This document shows, piece by piece, positions 1 through 9,081 of a stretch of DNA of 64,000 nt. The stretch is from an uncultured Nitrospinota bacterium (GTDB taxonomy: Bacteria > Tectomicrobia > Entotheonellia > J063 > CAVPRW01). Location of the stretch: contig CAVPRW010000001.1 of NCBI GenBank assembly GCA_963707985.1, positions 32,001 to 96,000 on the forward strand, read 5' to 3'. The translations under genes were made by a program, and so were the position numbers. How positions within the stretch are numbered: position 1 is the first letter of the stretch; each line of letters starts with the position of its first letter. The notes beneath the pieces are model-generated. The model did not search any database. It was not told the origin of the DNA and saw nothing but the letters and a program-made list of their open reading frames with translations.

Positions 1-331
1 GGATAGGGCCACCCCTCGTGGGTGGAGAGACCCAACCTGAAAGGGTGCTGACTTCCCACGGGTCGAGTCGGAAGAGAAGGAAGAAAGGCCATGGGAAACA
101 CGGTCCGAACGGTAGGGCCACCAGCGGCACCGAACGACCGTGGCTCTCCGCGCCCTGCCTGGCACCAGATCGACTGGCGCAAGGCCGAGCGGACAGTCCA
201 ACGCCGGCGCTTTCGGATCTTCCGAGCGGCCTGCGTTACGGCAGGTCAATCGGCTTGAGCGGCATGCGGGGAAACTCGCCCGTGCCGTTCTTAGGGGGCG
301 GGGGCCTGGCGACAGGCTCCTGCTACCCGAC
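1..331 (+). mobile_element. 3' part of an internally deleted group II intron (chloroplast-like/IIB-type), inserted in an attC
   Basis: Short ORF from ATG 91 contains WHQIDWRKAERTVQR.RFRIFRA (RVT_N-like). It runs directly into domain V (GAGCGGCATGCGGGGAAACTCGCCCGTGCCGTTC) and domain VI, ending CTACCCGAC at 331. Confidence 0.8.
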
Positions 332-386
332 CGTCCGCTCCTGCGTCGCTCCCGCTTCCAGCCGCAGCTCACGCCTAGCGTTCAGC
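332..386 (+). repeat. attC site, right half (left half displaced by the intron)
   Basis: CGTCCGCTCC...CCCGCTTCCAGCCGCAGCTCACGCCTAGCGTTCAGC matches the right halves of attCs 3134-3215 and 18788-18869. Confidence 0.8.
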
Positions 387-504
387 CCCCGCCCAGCTAG
401 GGCCACCGAGCTCTTGACACGCCATTGCGTCCATCTATTCATCTCGCCGATGAAACCCATTGCCCCTCTCGACATATACACCGATTGTGCATACAATGCC
501 ACTC

Positions 505-801
505 ATGGAATTTACGTGGGACGAAAACAAACGCTTGAGCAATTTGGCCAAACATGGCCTGGATTTTGAGGATGCCCATTGGGTGTTCACCGATGAGGCA
601 TTTGCCGCCGAGGATACGCGACGGCAGTATGGGGAGCCACGCTTTATCTTGTACGGGCCGCTCTTCGGGCGTCTTGTGGTGGTCGTCTTTACCGTACGCG
701 ATGACGTCATTCGTATCCTCTCCATGAGGAAGGCCAACCAACGTGAGCAAAGAAGCTATGATCAAAAGCGATCTGAAGCGGATCGACGCAATGACGGATG
801 A
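505..801 (+). CDS. brnT: BrnT family ribonuclease toxin
   Basis: MEFTWDENK..N..KHGLDF, YGEPRF..G, RILSMRKAN motifs. Confidence 0.9.
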   Translation: MEFTWDENKRLSNLAKHGLDFEDAHWVFTDEAFAAEDTRRQYGEPRFILYGPLFGRLVVVVFTVRDDVIRILSMRKANQREQRSYDQKRSEADRRNDG

Positions 802-1090
802 GACCATTGATTACTCCGATATTCCGCCACTGACGGACGAACAGCTGGCGGCGATGAAGCCGCTTCGGGAGATCATCCCCGAAGTGACTCGCAAGGTGCG
901 CATTACCATCCGGTTGGATGCAGATGTGGTGCGCTGGTTTAAAGAGCAAGTTGAAGCGGTGGGTGGGGGCAACTATCAACCCTTGATCAACGCGGCTCTG
1001 CGTGCGCATATCGAAGGCCAGAAGGAGTCTCTCGAGGAGCTGCTTCGCCGCGTCATTCGTGAGGAATTGCGTGTCCCTGACAGAGGCTAG
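743..1090 (+). CDS. brnA: BrnA family antitoxin
   Basis: IDYSDIPPL...ITIRLDADVVRWFK...YQ..IN.ALR; overlaps the toxin gene. Confidence 0.9.
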   Translation: MSKEAMIKSDLKRIDAMTDETIDYSDIPPLTDEQLAAMKPLREIIPEVTRKVRITIRLDADVVRWFKEQVEAVGGGNYQPLINAALRAHIEGQKESLEELLRRVIREELRVPDRG

Positions 1091-1136
1091 GGTTTTGCTC
1101 AAGAGCACACTTTCCCTCTCAAGGGCAACATCTAGG

Positions 1137-1195
1137 GCCGAACCAGGGCCTGGAGCCGACGCGGTGACCCGCGCGGCTCAGGCCTGGCGTTAGAC
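1137..1195 (+). repeat. attC site (59 bp)
   Basis: GCCGAAC...CTGGAGCCGACGCGG/CCGCGCGGCTCAG...GTTAGAC. Confidence 0.92.
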
Positions 1196-1211
1196 GGCAA
1201 GAGGCAAGCTT

Positions 1212-2315
1212 ATGGCATATTTCAGCGATCTGTTCTCACCCGAAACGTACGAAGCGTTTTCCCGTTCCTCGCGGGACGTTTCGGGTTTCCAGCTTCGCCA
1301 CAAGCGAATGGCAGAGCGCGTGTCGCCTGGCGATGTCTTTGTCTGCTATCTCACACGCCTGTCGCGGTGGTTCGGGCTACTCGAAGTTGTTGAGGGACCA
1401 TTCATCGACGACACGCCTATTTTCTTGCCAGCAAGTGATCCGTTCGTCGTGCGATTTCGTGTCCGCTCGGTCGTTTGGCTCGACATCGACAAGGCTGTTC
1501 CGATTCACGATGACACGATATGGACGGGGTTGTCTTTCACCCGGGAGCTGGAAAAGGGATCCATTGCTTGGACTGGAAAAGTTCGCGGAAGCCTTGTCCG
1601 TCTCGATAACCGTGACGGTAAGTTCCTAGCCGAGAAGCTTACTGCCCAGTCAGTTGGCGGAAGACTCTATCCACTCGATGAGCAAGAGTCTCGCAAACTC
1701 AGGACCCACACCGTTACCCGTACCGATAAGGTCGTCACCGTTTCAGTTCCGGATGATACGGCCGCAATGGACGAGGCAATCATCGCCCCGGAGACCGAGA
1801 CGCGTGAGTCATCACGCGTTCAGGCTCTCATCGCTAATATTGGGGCGCGCATGGGCATGTCGATTTGGATTCCCCGCAGTGATCGAGCCTCAGTCCTGAA
1901 AGAGTGGAAGAACGAACAGAACACCCTGCTCGCACGTCTTCCTCTCAACTACGACGACACCACGCTGAGAACGATTGAACAGATCGACGTCTTGTGGCTT
2001 CGGGGGCGCTCTATCGTGCGTGCCTTTGAGGTCGAGCATACGACGTCCGTATAGTCGGGTATTCTGCGTATGGCAGACCTGCTGGCGCTACAGCCGAATA
2101 TGGACATCAAGCTACATATCGTGGCGCCCACGACAAAACGCGACAAAGTCTTCCAGGAGATCAGACGACCCGTATTCTCGCTCCTCGAAAAAGGCCCCCT
2201 CGCAGACAGTTGCACCTATCTCTCCTACGACAGTCTGCGTGAACTCGCTTCACAAAGGCATCTTGCTCATCTTTCGGAGACAGTGCTTGACGAATACGCG
2301 GAGGAGGCCGAGTAG
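1212..2315 (+). pseudogene. EVE/PUA-like domain fused to PD-(D/E)xK-type nuclease, with one in-frame TAG at 2052-2054
   Basis: N-terminal PGDVFVCYLTR.SRW.G.LEV. C-terminal IDVLW...AFEVEHTTSV*SGILRMADL continues in the same frame to 2315. Confidence 0.75.
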
Positions 2316-2330
2316 TGTGTGCCAGCCGCC

Positions 2331-2389
2331 GTCTAACAAGGGCCTGGAGCCGACGCGGGAACCCGCGCGGCTCAGGCCCGGCGTTCGGC
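2331..2389 (+). repeat. attC site (59 bp)
   Basis: GTCTAAC...GTTCGGC; near-identical to 1137-1195. Confidence 0.93.
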
Positions 2390-2422
2390 ATCAGAAGTTC
2401 ACCGCTATGGCTTTTTGAATGT

Positions 2423-2443
2423 TGTATATAACTGCCATATACA
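2423..2443 (+). promoter_or_regulatory. Probable TA autoregulatory operator
   Basis: TGTATAT-N7-ATATACA inverted repeat in an AT-rich leader just upstream of brnT. Confidence 0.5.
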
Positions 2444-2458
2444 TTAGACTCGGTAGCC

Positions 2459-2788
2459 ATGACAGATGACCTTTCACAATGCCGAGGATTCCAGTGGGAT
2501 AAGGGGAATGCAGAAAAGAATTGGGTTCAGCATCGAGTGTCCCAGGGTGAAGCTGAGCAAGTGTTTTTCAACCGCCCGCTGGTGGTCGTCGAAGGGGAGC
2601 AGCGCACCGAGTTCACACGACGGTATTATGCGCTGGGGCACACGGACGCACACCGGCTCCTGTTCATTGTGTTTACCATCCGTGATGATCTCATCCGTGT
2701 GATCTCTGCCCGTCCCATGAGTCAGCGGGAGCGAAGGGTGTACGAGCATGCCAAAGAAGCAGACGCGGGAACCGATCCCACAGTTTGA
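2459..2788 (+). CDS. brnT: BrnT family toxin
   Basis: GFQWDKGNAEKNW..H.V...EAEQVF, RYYALG.T, IRVISARPMS.RERRVYE. Confidence 0.9.
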   Translation: MTDDLSQCRGFQWDKGNAEKNWVQHRVSQGEAEQVFFNRPLVVVEGEQRTEFTRRYYALGHTDAHRLLFIVFTIRDDLIRVISARPMSQRERRVYEHAKEADAGTDPTV

Positions 2789-3035
2789 AAACGAAGCCCA
2801 GGAGCAGGAGTTCTGGTCCTCCCACGACTCGATGGACTATGTGAACTGGAGTCAGGCCCAACGCACCACATTCGGGCGGCTCAAGCCTTCTACGCGGACG
2901 ATTTCTCTCCGTTTACCGGTAGCGCTTCTGGAAGATTTGAAACTCTTGGCCAACAAGCGCGACGTGCCCTACCAATCCCTCGTGAAGATTTTTCTGGCGG
3001 AGCGTGTGGCGCAGGAGCAACGTTCACACGTATGA
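2748..3035 (+). CDS. BrnA/CopG-like antitoxin
   Basis: IPQFENEAQEQEFW..HD..DY, ISLRLP...LK..A.KRDVPYQSL.K. Confidence 0.88.
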   Translation: MPKKQTREPIPQFENEAQEQEFWSSHDSMDYVNWSQAQRTTFGRLKPSTRTISLRLPVALLEDLKLLANKRDVPYQSLVKIFLAERVAQEQRSHV

Positions 3036-3133
3036 GAGCCTGCGGCTCTCACTCTGGGCCACAGGGAGAGAGCTTAGCTGGGACATAGGAGGCATGGGCA
3101 AAGACTCAGAGTGGCGCTCAACGTCTAACCCGT

Positions 3134-3215
3134 GCCGAACAACCGCCTGCAGCCGACTGCCTCCAGCGTCCGCTACGCTCCCGCTTCCGGCAGCGGCTGA
3201 GGCGCAGCGTTGGAC
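3134..3215 (+). repeat. attC site (82 bp)
   Basis: GCCGAAC...CTGCAGCCGACTGCC/GGCAGCGGCTGAG...GTTGGAC. Confidence 0.92.
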
Positions 3216-3258
3216 GGACCCGCATGCGGCGGGGGAGGTTGTACAGGCATGAGGAGGC

Positions 3259-4480
3259 ATGGAGCACGGCATGAGCAGTGATGGACACGCCTGGCCAACC
3301 GAGAAGCTCACGCGGCAAACGATTCTCCAGCTGGGGTATGCGGCGTATGCCCACACGCATGCGTTGCCTGCCCAGGTGCGGCGGGCGGTGTGGGCGTTGC
3401 TGGCCTGCCGCACCGCGCGGCTGGGTGGGCACGTCCAGGCCTGTCCGGAGGGGCATGTGGAACGGGTCTGGGACCACGCCTGTCGGCACCGGATGTGTCC
3501 CCCATGTGCCTGGGTGCCGGTCGAACGCTGGCTGGTCCGCCAGCAGGCGCGGTGGTTGGCCTGCGCGCCCGATCAGGTCATCTTCACCATGCCCCACGAG
3601 CTGAAGGCGCGGTGGTGGGCCCACGTGACGGCGATGACCCATCGGCTGTGTGCCAGGGCGCACGACACGTGGCTGGAGCGGCTGGACGATCGCCACTACT
3701 TGGGGGCGCAGCCCGGGATCATCGCCACGCGGCACACCTGGAGCCAGACGTTGCTGCGGCATCCGCACAGGCATTGTTTGGTCACCGGCGGGGGTGTGAG
3801 CCCAGCGGGCCAGTGGGTGGCGGTCAGGAACGGGTTTCTGCTGCCGCTGCGGGTGGTACGGGCGCTGTTCCGGGGCAAGCGGCTCGCAGCCATGCGTCCG
3901 GGCGTGGCGCACGGGACACTGAAGCCCCCTGCGGGCAAGAGCCGCCAGCAGGGGGAGAACTTGCGCAACCAGCTGGGCCGCATGCAGTGGCACGTGCACA
4001 GTCGGGAGCGTTACCCGCACGGGCGCGGGGTGTTGGTCTAGCTGGCCCGGTACCTGCGCGGTGGCCCGCTCGCCAATAGACGCCTGCGGTCGTGTGATGG
4101 GGCGCCGGTGGTCTGCCGGTACGAAGAGCGGGCCCAGGGCCCCGGGGGCCAGGCCACCCAACGGACGATGCGCTTACCGCTCGCCCAGTGCATCGGGCGT
4201 TGGCTCCTCCATGTGCCGCCAGCCGGGGCCGTGCGCGTGCGCGGGTGGGGGCTGGATGGCCACACCCCAGGGGCAGCCCTGGCCCAGTGCCAGCAGCACG
4301 TGGGCCAGGGACGAGAGGAGGTGCCCCCCCCCACACGGGGCACCTCCTGCGGGCGAGACCGGGGGTGAGGTGCCTGCGGAGCGGTGTCCGGTCTGTGGGC
4401 AGCCGCTGGTGTGCACGGCCCTCGTCCCCCGCGCGGGCGTCCCCCCGCCAGCCGAACCGGGTTGGGAGCAGGTGGCATGA
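3259..4480 (+). pseudogene. IS91-family (Y2/HUH) transposase, degenerate, occupying a cassette
   Basis: CRT..LGGH...C, CRHRMCP.C, FTMPHEL, HTWSQTL..HPH.HCLVTGGG, *LARYLRGGP. TAG at 4039-4041 and a frameshift near 4325. Confidence 0.88.
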
Positions 4481-4712
4481 GGGAGCGCACGGCCGTGGGA
4501 GACCGGAGGCCAACCCGTCAGGGACCCGTGTGCCCTGTAGAAGGGCGTTTGCGTGCGCGCGTGCTCCACGCCGGCCCCGACGCCTGCCGATGGTGGTGCC
4601 GACCGCCCAGCGTGCCGGCGATTGGTGCCTTGAGAGGGCGCGATGCCAGGGTGGGATCGCGCTCCACGCTCCATAGAAGAACATGAGCCGGCCCATTATC
4701 GGTGCGCGGGCC

Positions 4713-4801
4713 GTCCAACCAGGCGTTGAAGCGGCCCGCGGCCCGCTCGGGGGTTGGTCTGTGTCTTGGTCTCGCGGCCGCTTAACGCTAATTCGTTCGG
4801 T
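4713..4801 (+). repeat. attC site (89 bp)
   Basis: GTCCAAC...GCGTTGAAGCGGCC/GGCCGCTTAACGC...GTTCGGT. Confidence 0.88.
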
Positions 4802-4891
4802 GGCACGATAGAGCATATGTTTCGAGTTCTCATGGGGACAACATGGCATCTTAAACGAAGACGCAAGCCCAATTGAAGGCCACCCATCACG

Positions 4892-5146
4892 ATGCCAACA
4901 GCGTTACGAACAGGTCCATATCGCTTCTACTTTTACTCGTATGATTGCGGTGAGCCGCGACACATGCACGTCGACCGCGAGCACTGGAGCGCCAAATTTT
5001 GGCTCGATCCCGACGTCGCCTTGGCAGTCAATCACGGGTATAACCGTAGGGAGTTACGTGACATCGAGCGCATCATGCGCGAACATCTGGAGACCTTGCG
5101 ACATGAATGGGACGCATTCTGCCGTGGTGACACTCACTCTGCCTAG
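4892..5146 (+). CDS. DUF4160 family protein (putative TA component)
   Basis: MPT.LR.GPYRFYFYS.D..EP.H.HV...AKFWL.P.V.LA.N.G. Confidence 0.88.
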   Translation: MPTALRTGPYRFYFYSYDCGEPRHMHVDREHWSAKFWLDPDVALAVNHGYNRRELRDIERIMREHLETLRHEWDAFCRGDTHSA

Positions 5147-5414
5147 AGTCGTCAGTGTCACAGTGACAGACGATACGCTATCCGTCGACCTCGAAGATGG
5201 CCGCACAATTGCGGTGCCAATTGGTTGGTATCCGCGTCTGGCGCATGGTTCCCCGGCCGAGCGGTCCCATGTGCAGATCAGCGGGGCGGGTTATGGCTTG
5301 CATTGGCCCGAGCTCGATGAGGATATCGGTGTCGAAGGATTGCTGCTAGGCAAGCCGTCGACAGAAAGTGCCGCCTCGTTTGAGCGCTGGTTGCAGCGGC
5401 GCAAGGCCAGATAA
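5103..5414 (+). CDS. DUF2442 family protein (putative TA partner); start uncertain
   Basis: LSVDLEDGRTIAVP..WYPRL...G.GLHWPELDEDI.VEGLL.G. Confidence 0.88.
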   Translation: MNGTHSAVVTLTLPRVVSVTVTDDTLSVDLEDGRTIAVPIGWYPRLAHGSPAERSHVQISGAGYGLHWPELDEDIGVEGLLLGKPSTESAASFERWLQRRKAR

Positions 5415-5426
5415 CCCCAAGAGGCC

Positions 5427-5485
5427 GCCGAACCAGGCACTGCAGCGGACGCGGCACACCGCGCCGCTGAGCTTTCGCGTTAGGT
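5427..5485 (+). repeat. attC site (59 bp)
   Basis: GCCGAAC...GCAGCGGACGCGG/CCGCGCCGCTGAGC...GTTAGGT. Confidence 0.9.
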
Positions 5486-5555
5486 GCCGAACGCACAAGA
5501 TCGGAATCGCGGTGCCTTCTGAAGAACGACGCGTGTCAGGGATGAGCCAAAGAGG

Positions 5556-6146
5556 ATGACAGCTGATCTAGCACATCACTTTGACGTATTCCTAAGCCAT
5601 GCCCACGGCGATGCAGACATCGTCGAGCGCCTAGGTGTGAGGCTCACGGACGAGGCTCAGTTACGTGTCTGGCTCGACAGGTGGGTTCTCGTACCCGGAG
5701 AGCATTGGCAGCAGGAAATGGCGAGAGGACTCGAACAGGCAAAGACCTGCGCTGTATGCGTCAGTCGAGACACGCCCGCCGGGTGGTTTCGGGAGGAAAT
5801 CGAGAGGGCGCTAAACCGTCAGGTAAAGGACCCATCATTTCGGGTAATTCCTGTCATTCTCCCAGATGGCGACCGGACGGTTGTCGACAGCTTCCTTGAG
5901 TTACGCACTTGGGTGGACTTTAAGGCAGGAATCGACGACGGCTACGCGCTTCACGTGCTGACCTCTGGAATTCGGGGAAAGCCACCAGGGAGGTACCTTC
6001 CTGGCGAGGCCGCAAGTGGTCTGGCTCTTGAGGTTACGCGTGCGAAGCTCAAGAAGATCAGGAGCTTACGGGACGAGCAACTCATCGACGACAACGTAGC
6101 TCTGGAGTACCAGCGCCGCGTCCTCGACGAGATCATCGGGCGATGA
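5556..6146 (+). CDS. TIR domain protein with short helical C-terminal tail
   Basis: FDVFLSH, VWLDRW.LVPGE.WQ, WFREEIERAL, VIPVILP, LELRTWVDF. Confidence 0.9.
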   Translation: MTADLAHHFDVFLSHAHGDADIVERLGVRLTDEAQLRVWLDRWVLVPGEHWQQEMARGLEQAKTCAVCVSRDTPAGWFREEIERALNRQVKDPSFRVIPVILPDGDRTVVDSFLELRTWVDFKAGIDDGYALHVLTSGIRGKPPGRYLPGEAASGLALEVTRAKLKKIRSLRDEQLIDDNVALEYQRRVLDEIIGR

Positions 6147-6156
6147 GATAGAAACC

Positions 6157-7782
6157 ATGGAGCACTCAACGAAGTACGACGCGTTCATAAGCTACTCCCG
6201 GCCAGACTCAGAGAGCGCCGAGAAGGTGGCTCGATACCTGCGCGACGTTCGTGGCTTGGAGGTTTGGCTCGACAAGTGGTCTCTAGTTCCGGGAGAGGAC
6301 TGGAGACTGTCCCTTGAGAAGGCGCTTCAGAGCACGTCATCAATAGTGCTTTTTGTCGGGCCCTCCGGGCTGGGGCGATGGCAGGAGGCGGAGTTCGAGG
6401 CCATCCTTCGCCAGCAAGCGACTCGGGAAGCACCGCGGCTCATCCCTGTGTTGCTTCCTGGGGCGCAGCCGGAAATCCTGCCGGCGTTCTTGCGCGACCA
6501 AACTTGGATTGATCTCCGTGGGGACGTCGACGACGATCGCGTCCTAAGTCGTCTCGTAGCGGGAATTGAAAGCGCCGAGGCCGGTGGTGAATTGGCTCAG
6601 GAACAACAGATGGGCGATTCACTGAGGGCTGCGGGAGACTTTGCGGAAGCTACGTCACATTACGAACGTGCATTGAGCATCGCTCGTGTGTCACATGGCA
6701 AGTCGCATCCTATTGTTGCCGATCTACTGATCCGACTTGCGAGCGTCAAGCGAGACCAGGGCGACTACGCTTCGGCCCTAGCTACTTTGCAGGAGGCCTT
6801 GGACCTTGGCGTCAGGGCTTACGGACCCGACTCGGCGTCATTGGCGAGCACATTCAATAATCTGGGGACAGTTCTCCGGGATCTTGGCCGCACAGAAGAG
6901 GCGCTTGCCTATTTCAGGCGTGCGCTCGAGATCGATGAGCGAGCACTCGGACCGAATCATCCAAGTGTCGCGACCCGCCTCAGCAACCTCGCGTCGAGCC
7001 TGCTGGATCAAAGCCGATTGGCGGAGGCTGAGCCGCTGATGCGGCGCGCGCTGGCCATCGACGAGCAGACGCTCGGTCCAGATCACCCCAATGTGGCCGT
7101 GCGGCTCAACAACTTGGCGTCGTTGTTGCTGGCGACCCACCGGTTGGCGGAGGCCGAACCGCTGATGAGGCGCGCCTTGGCTATCGACGAACAGATCTTC
7201 GGTCCAGATCATCCCAACGTGGCCAGAGACTTGAACAACCTCGCCGCGTTGCTGCAGGACATGCGCCGCTTGGCGGAGGCTGAGCCGCTGATGCGGCGCG
7301 CCCTGGCCATCGACGAGCAGAGCCTCGGTCCGGATCACCCCAACGTGGCCGTGCGCCTCAACAACCTTGGCACCCTGCTTCAGGGCACGGGCCGGCTCGC
7401 GGAGGCTGAGCCGCTGATGCGGCGCGCGCTGGCCATCGACGAGCAGAGGCTCGGCCCGGATCACCCCAATGTGGCCGTGCGCCTTAACAACTTGGCGTCG
7501 TTGTTGCTGGCGACCCACCGGTTGGCGGAGGCCGAACCGCTGATGAGGCGCGCCCTGGCTATCGACGAACAGAGCTTCGGTCCAGATCATCCCAACGTGG
7601 CCAGAGACTTGAACAACCTCGCCGCGTTGCTGCAGGGCGCCGGTCGTCTGAGGGAGGCCACGCCACTGATGCGCCGAGTGGTGGGCATCTTCGAAAGGAG
7701 TCTCGGCAAAGACCATCCCTCAACAAGACTTGCTCTAGCAAACCTGAACAAGGTCAGCTCCGTTGCCGGGGACGGCACCTAA
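6157..7782 (+). CDS. TIR domain + tetratricopeptide (42-aa, kinesin-light-chain-like) repeat protein
   Basis: YDAFISYS, VWLDKW.LVPGE.W, WQEAEF, LIPVLLPG, then repeated AEAEPLMRRALAIDEQ.LGPDHPNVA..LNNLA. Confidence 0.92.
   Translation: MEHSTKYDAFISYSRPDSESAEKVARYLRDVRGLEVWLDKWSLVPGEDWRLSLEKALQSTSSIVLFVGPSGLGRWQEAEFEAILRQQATREAPRLIPVLLPGAQPEILPAFLRDQTWIDLRGDVDDDRVLSRLVAGIESAEAGGELAQEQQMGDSLRAAGDFAEATSHYERALSIARVSHGKSHPIVADLLIRLASVKRDQGDYASALATLQEALDLGVRAYGPDSASLASTFNNLGTVLRDLGRTEEALAYFRRALEIDERALGPNHPSVATRLSNLASSLLDQSRLAEAEPLMRRALAIDEQTLGPDHPNVAVRLNNLASLLLATHRLAEAEPLMRRALAIDEQIFGPDHPNVARDLNNLAALLQDMRRLAEAEPLMRRALAIDEQSLGPDHPNVAVRLNNLGTLLQGTGRLAEAEPLMRRALAIDEQRLGPDHPNVAVRLNNLASLLLATHRLAEAEPLMRRALAIDEQSFGPDHPNVARDLNNLAALLQGAGRLREATPLMRRVVGIFERSLGKDHPSTRLALANLNKVSSVAGDGT
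6950..7680 (+). repeat. 126-bp coding tandem repeats (TPR units)
   Basis: 7081-7258 is nearly identical to 7459-7636 (offset 378 = 3 x 126). Confidence 0.9.
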
Positions 7783-7854
7783 CAACCGCATGCACCTGAC
7801 CGACTACAGCGGGCTTCGCCCGCTTCCGCCGGCAGGTGATGCGGGGCGTTAGCC
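7777..7854 (+). repeat. attC site (78 bp)
   Basis: ACCTAAC (contains the stop codon)...GCATGCACCTGACCG/CGGCAGGTGATGC...GTTAGCC. Confidence 0.92.
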
Positions 7855-7857
7855 TTC

Positions 7858-8769
7858 ATGAAGAGGATAACGATGCTTCGGTACATACTTGACAGATTGC
7901 CCTATATAGGTCGTCTACGTAAACAGATTAGAGATGCCGGTCTATATCCAGCAGGCCACTACTATTCACCAATTCCAAAACATGAGGAGATTGTAGTATA
8001 TTTAGAATCCACGAAAACAGACAAGCTTGAACTTCCAGCCATCGATTTGAATAGGCAAAATCAGTTTGAGCTTCTCACAGCATTTCAAGCTTTCTATGAT
8101 GATTTGCCTTTCCCAGAAACAAAGAACCAGGAATGTCGCTACTACTATGATCAAAGTGTTTTCTGTTACGCAGATGCTATTTTTCTCTATAGTTTTCTGA
8201 GACATATCAAGCCACGAAGAATCATAGAAGTTGGATCAGGTTTTTCGTCAGCGGTTATCCTTGATACTGTTGAAAGGTTTTTCCTTCAGCCACCCGAAAT
8301 GACGTTTATAGAGCCTTATCCAGATCGTCTCAGACGGCTATTAAAATCTCATGATGAAGGAGCAACTCGAATCATTGAGAGAAAAGTTCAAGAAGTGCCT
8401 ATTGATACCTTCAGTTCGTTACGTGCTGGAGATCTGTTATTCATTGATTCAACGCATGTCATAAAGTGTGGTAGCGATGTACAGTTTCTGATGTTTGAAG
8501 TCCTCCCCCAAATGCCTACTGGCGTTTTCGTGCACTTCCATGATGTCTTCTACCCATTTGAGTATCCAGCAGAATGGTTACTCAAGGGGATATATTGGAA
8601 CGAAGATTATTTTCTTCGAGCTTTTCTGTCATATAACAGCGCATGGGAGATCTCTTTCTTCAATACTTATGTAGCGACCGTCTTCAAAGACTTTCTCCTA
8701 GAAAAGATGCCGCTCTGTCTGAAGAATACTGGAGGAAGCCTATATATTCGAAGAACCGGAAAAGGCTAA
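7858..8769 (+). CDS. Class I SAM-dependent methyltransferase (Methyltransf_24-like)
   Basis: IIEVGSGFSS, IEPYP, LFIDSTH, HFHDVF.PFEYP, WNEDYFLRAFL. Confidence 0.85.
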   Translation: MKRITMLRYILDRLPYIGRLRKQIRDAGLYPAGHYYSPIPKHEEIVVYLESTKTDKLELPAIDLNRQNQFELLTAFQAFYDDLPFPETKNQECRYYYDQSVFCYADAIFLYSFLRHIKPRRIIEVGSGFSSAVILDTVERFFLQPPEMTFIEPYPDRLRRLLKSHDEGATRIIERKVQEVPIDTFSSLRAGDLLFIDSTHVIKCGSDVQFLMFEVLPQMPTGVFVHFHDVFYPFEYPAEWLLKGIYWNEDYFLRAFLSYNSAWEISFFNTYVATVFKDFLLEKMPLCLKNTGGSLYIRRTGKG

Positions 8770-8845
8770 CAAGGCACTGCACCTGACTGCCTCCAGCCTC
8801 CGCTGCGCTGCGGCTTCCGGCAGCAGGTGAGCTTGGGCGTTCGGC
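8764..8845 (+). repeat. attC site (82 bp)
   Basis: GGCTAAC...CACCTGACTGCC/GGCAGCAGGTG...GTTCGGC. Confidence 0.92.
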
Positions 8846-9081
8846 GCCTGCGGCGGAAGACTCCCAAAGGGAGATAGCATCTATGCAAAAAGGCTGGGGA
8901 GACCTAACATACCTCCTCCGCAGCGCAGCGACACAACAAGACGCCCATCATCCTTTGGAAGCGCTTCGGGTTTTTCCATTCCACGGCCACTGTGACCCCA
9001 TGCTGGCAGGCACCATCCCACTCGACATGGATCTTCCTGGCGGTGCCCTCGACATGGTGTGTGCGGTAGACAGAGGACATC

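Noticed and set aside
18..569. 183-aa ORF at the window start
   Set aside because: It runs across intron domains V/VI and an attC; not a plausible protein.
3118..4849. Long minus-strand ORFs (347 aa, 341 aa)
   Set aside because: Antisense shadows of the GC-rich IS91 pseudogene with no motifs.
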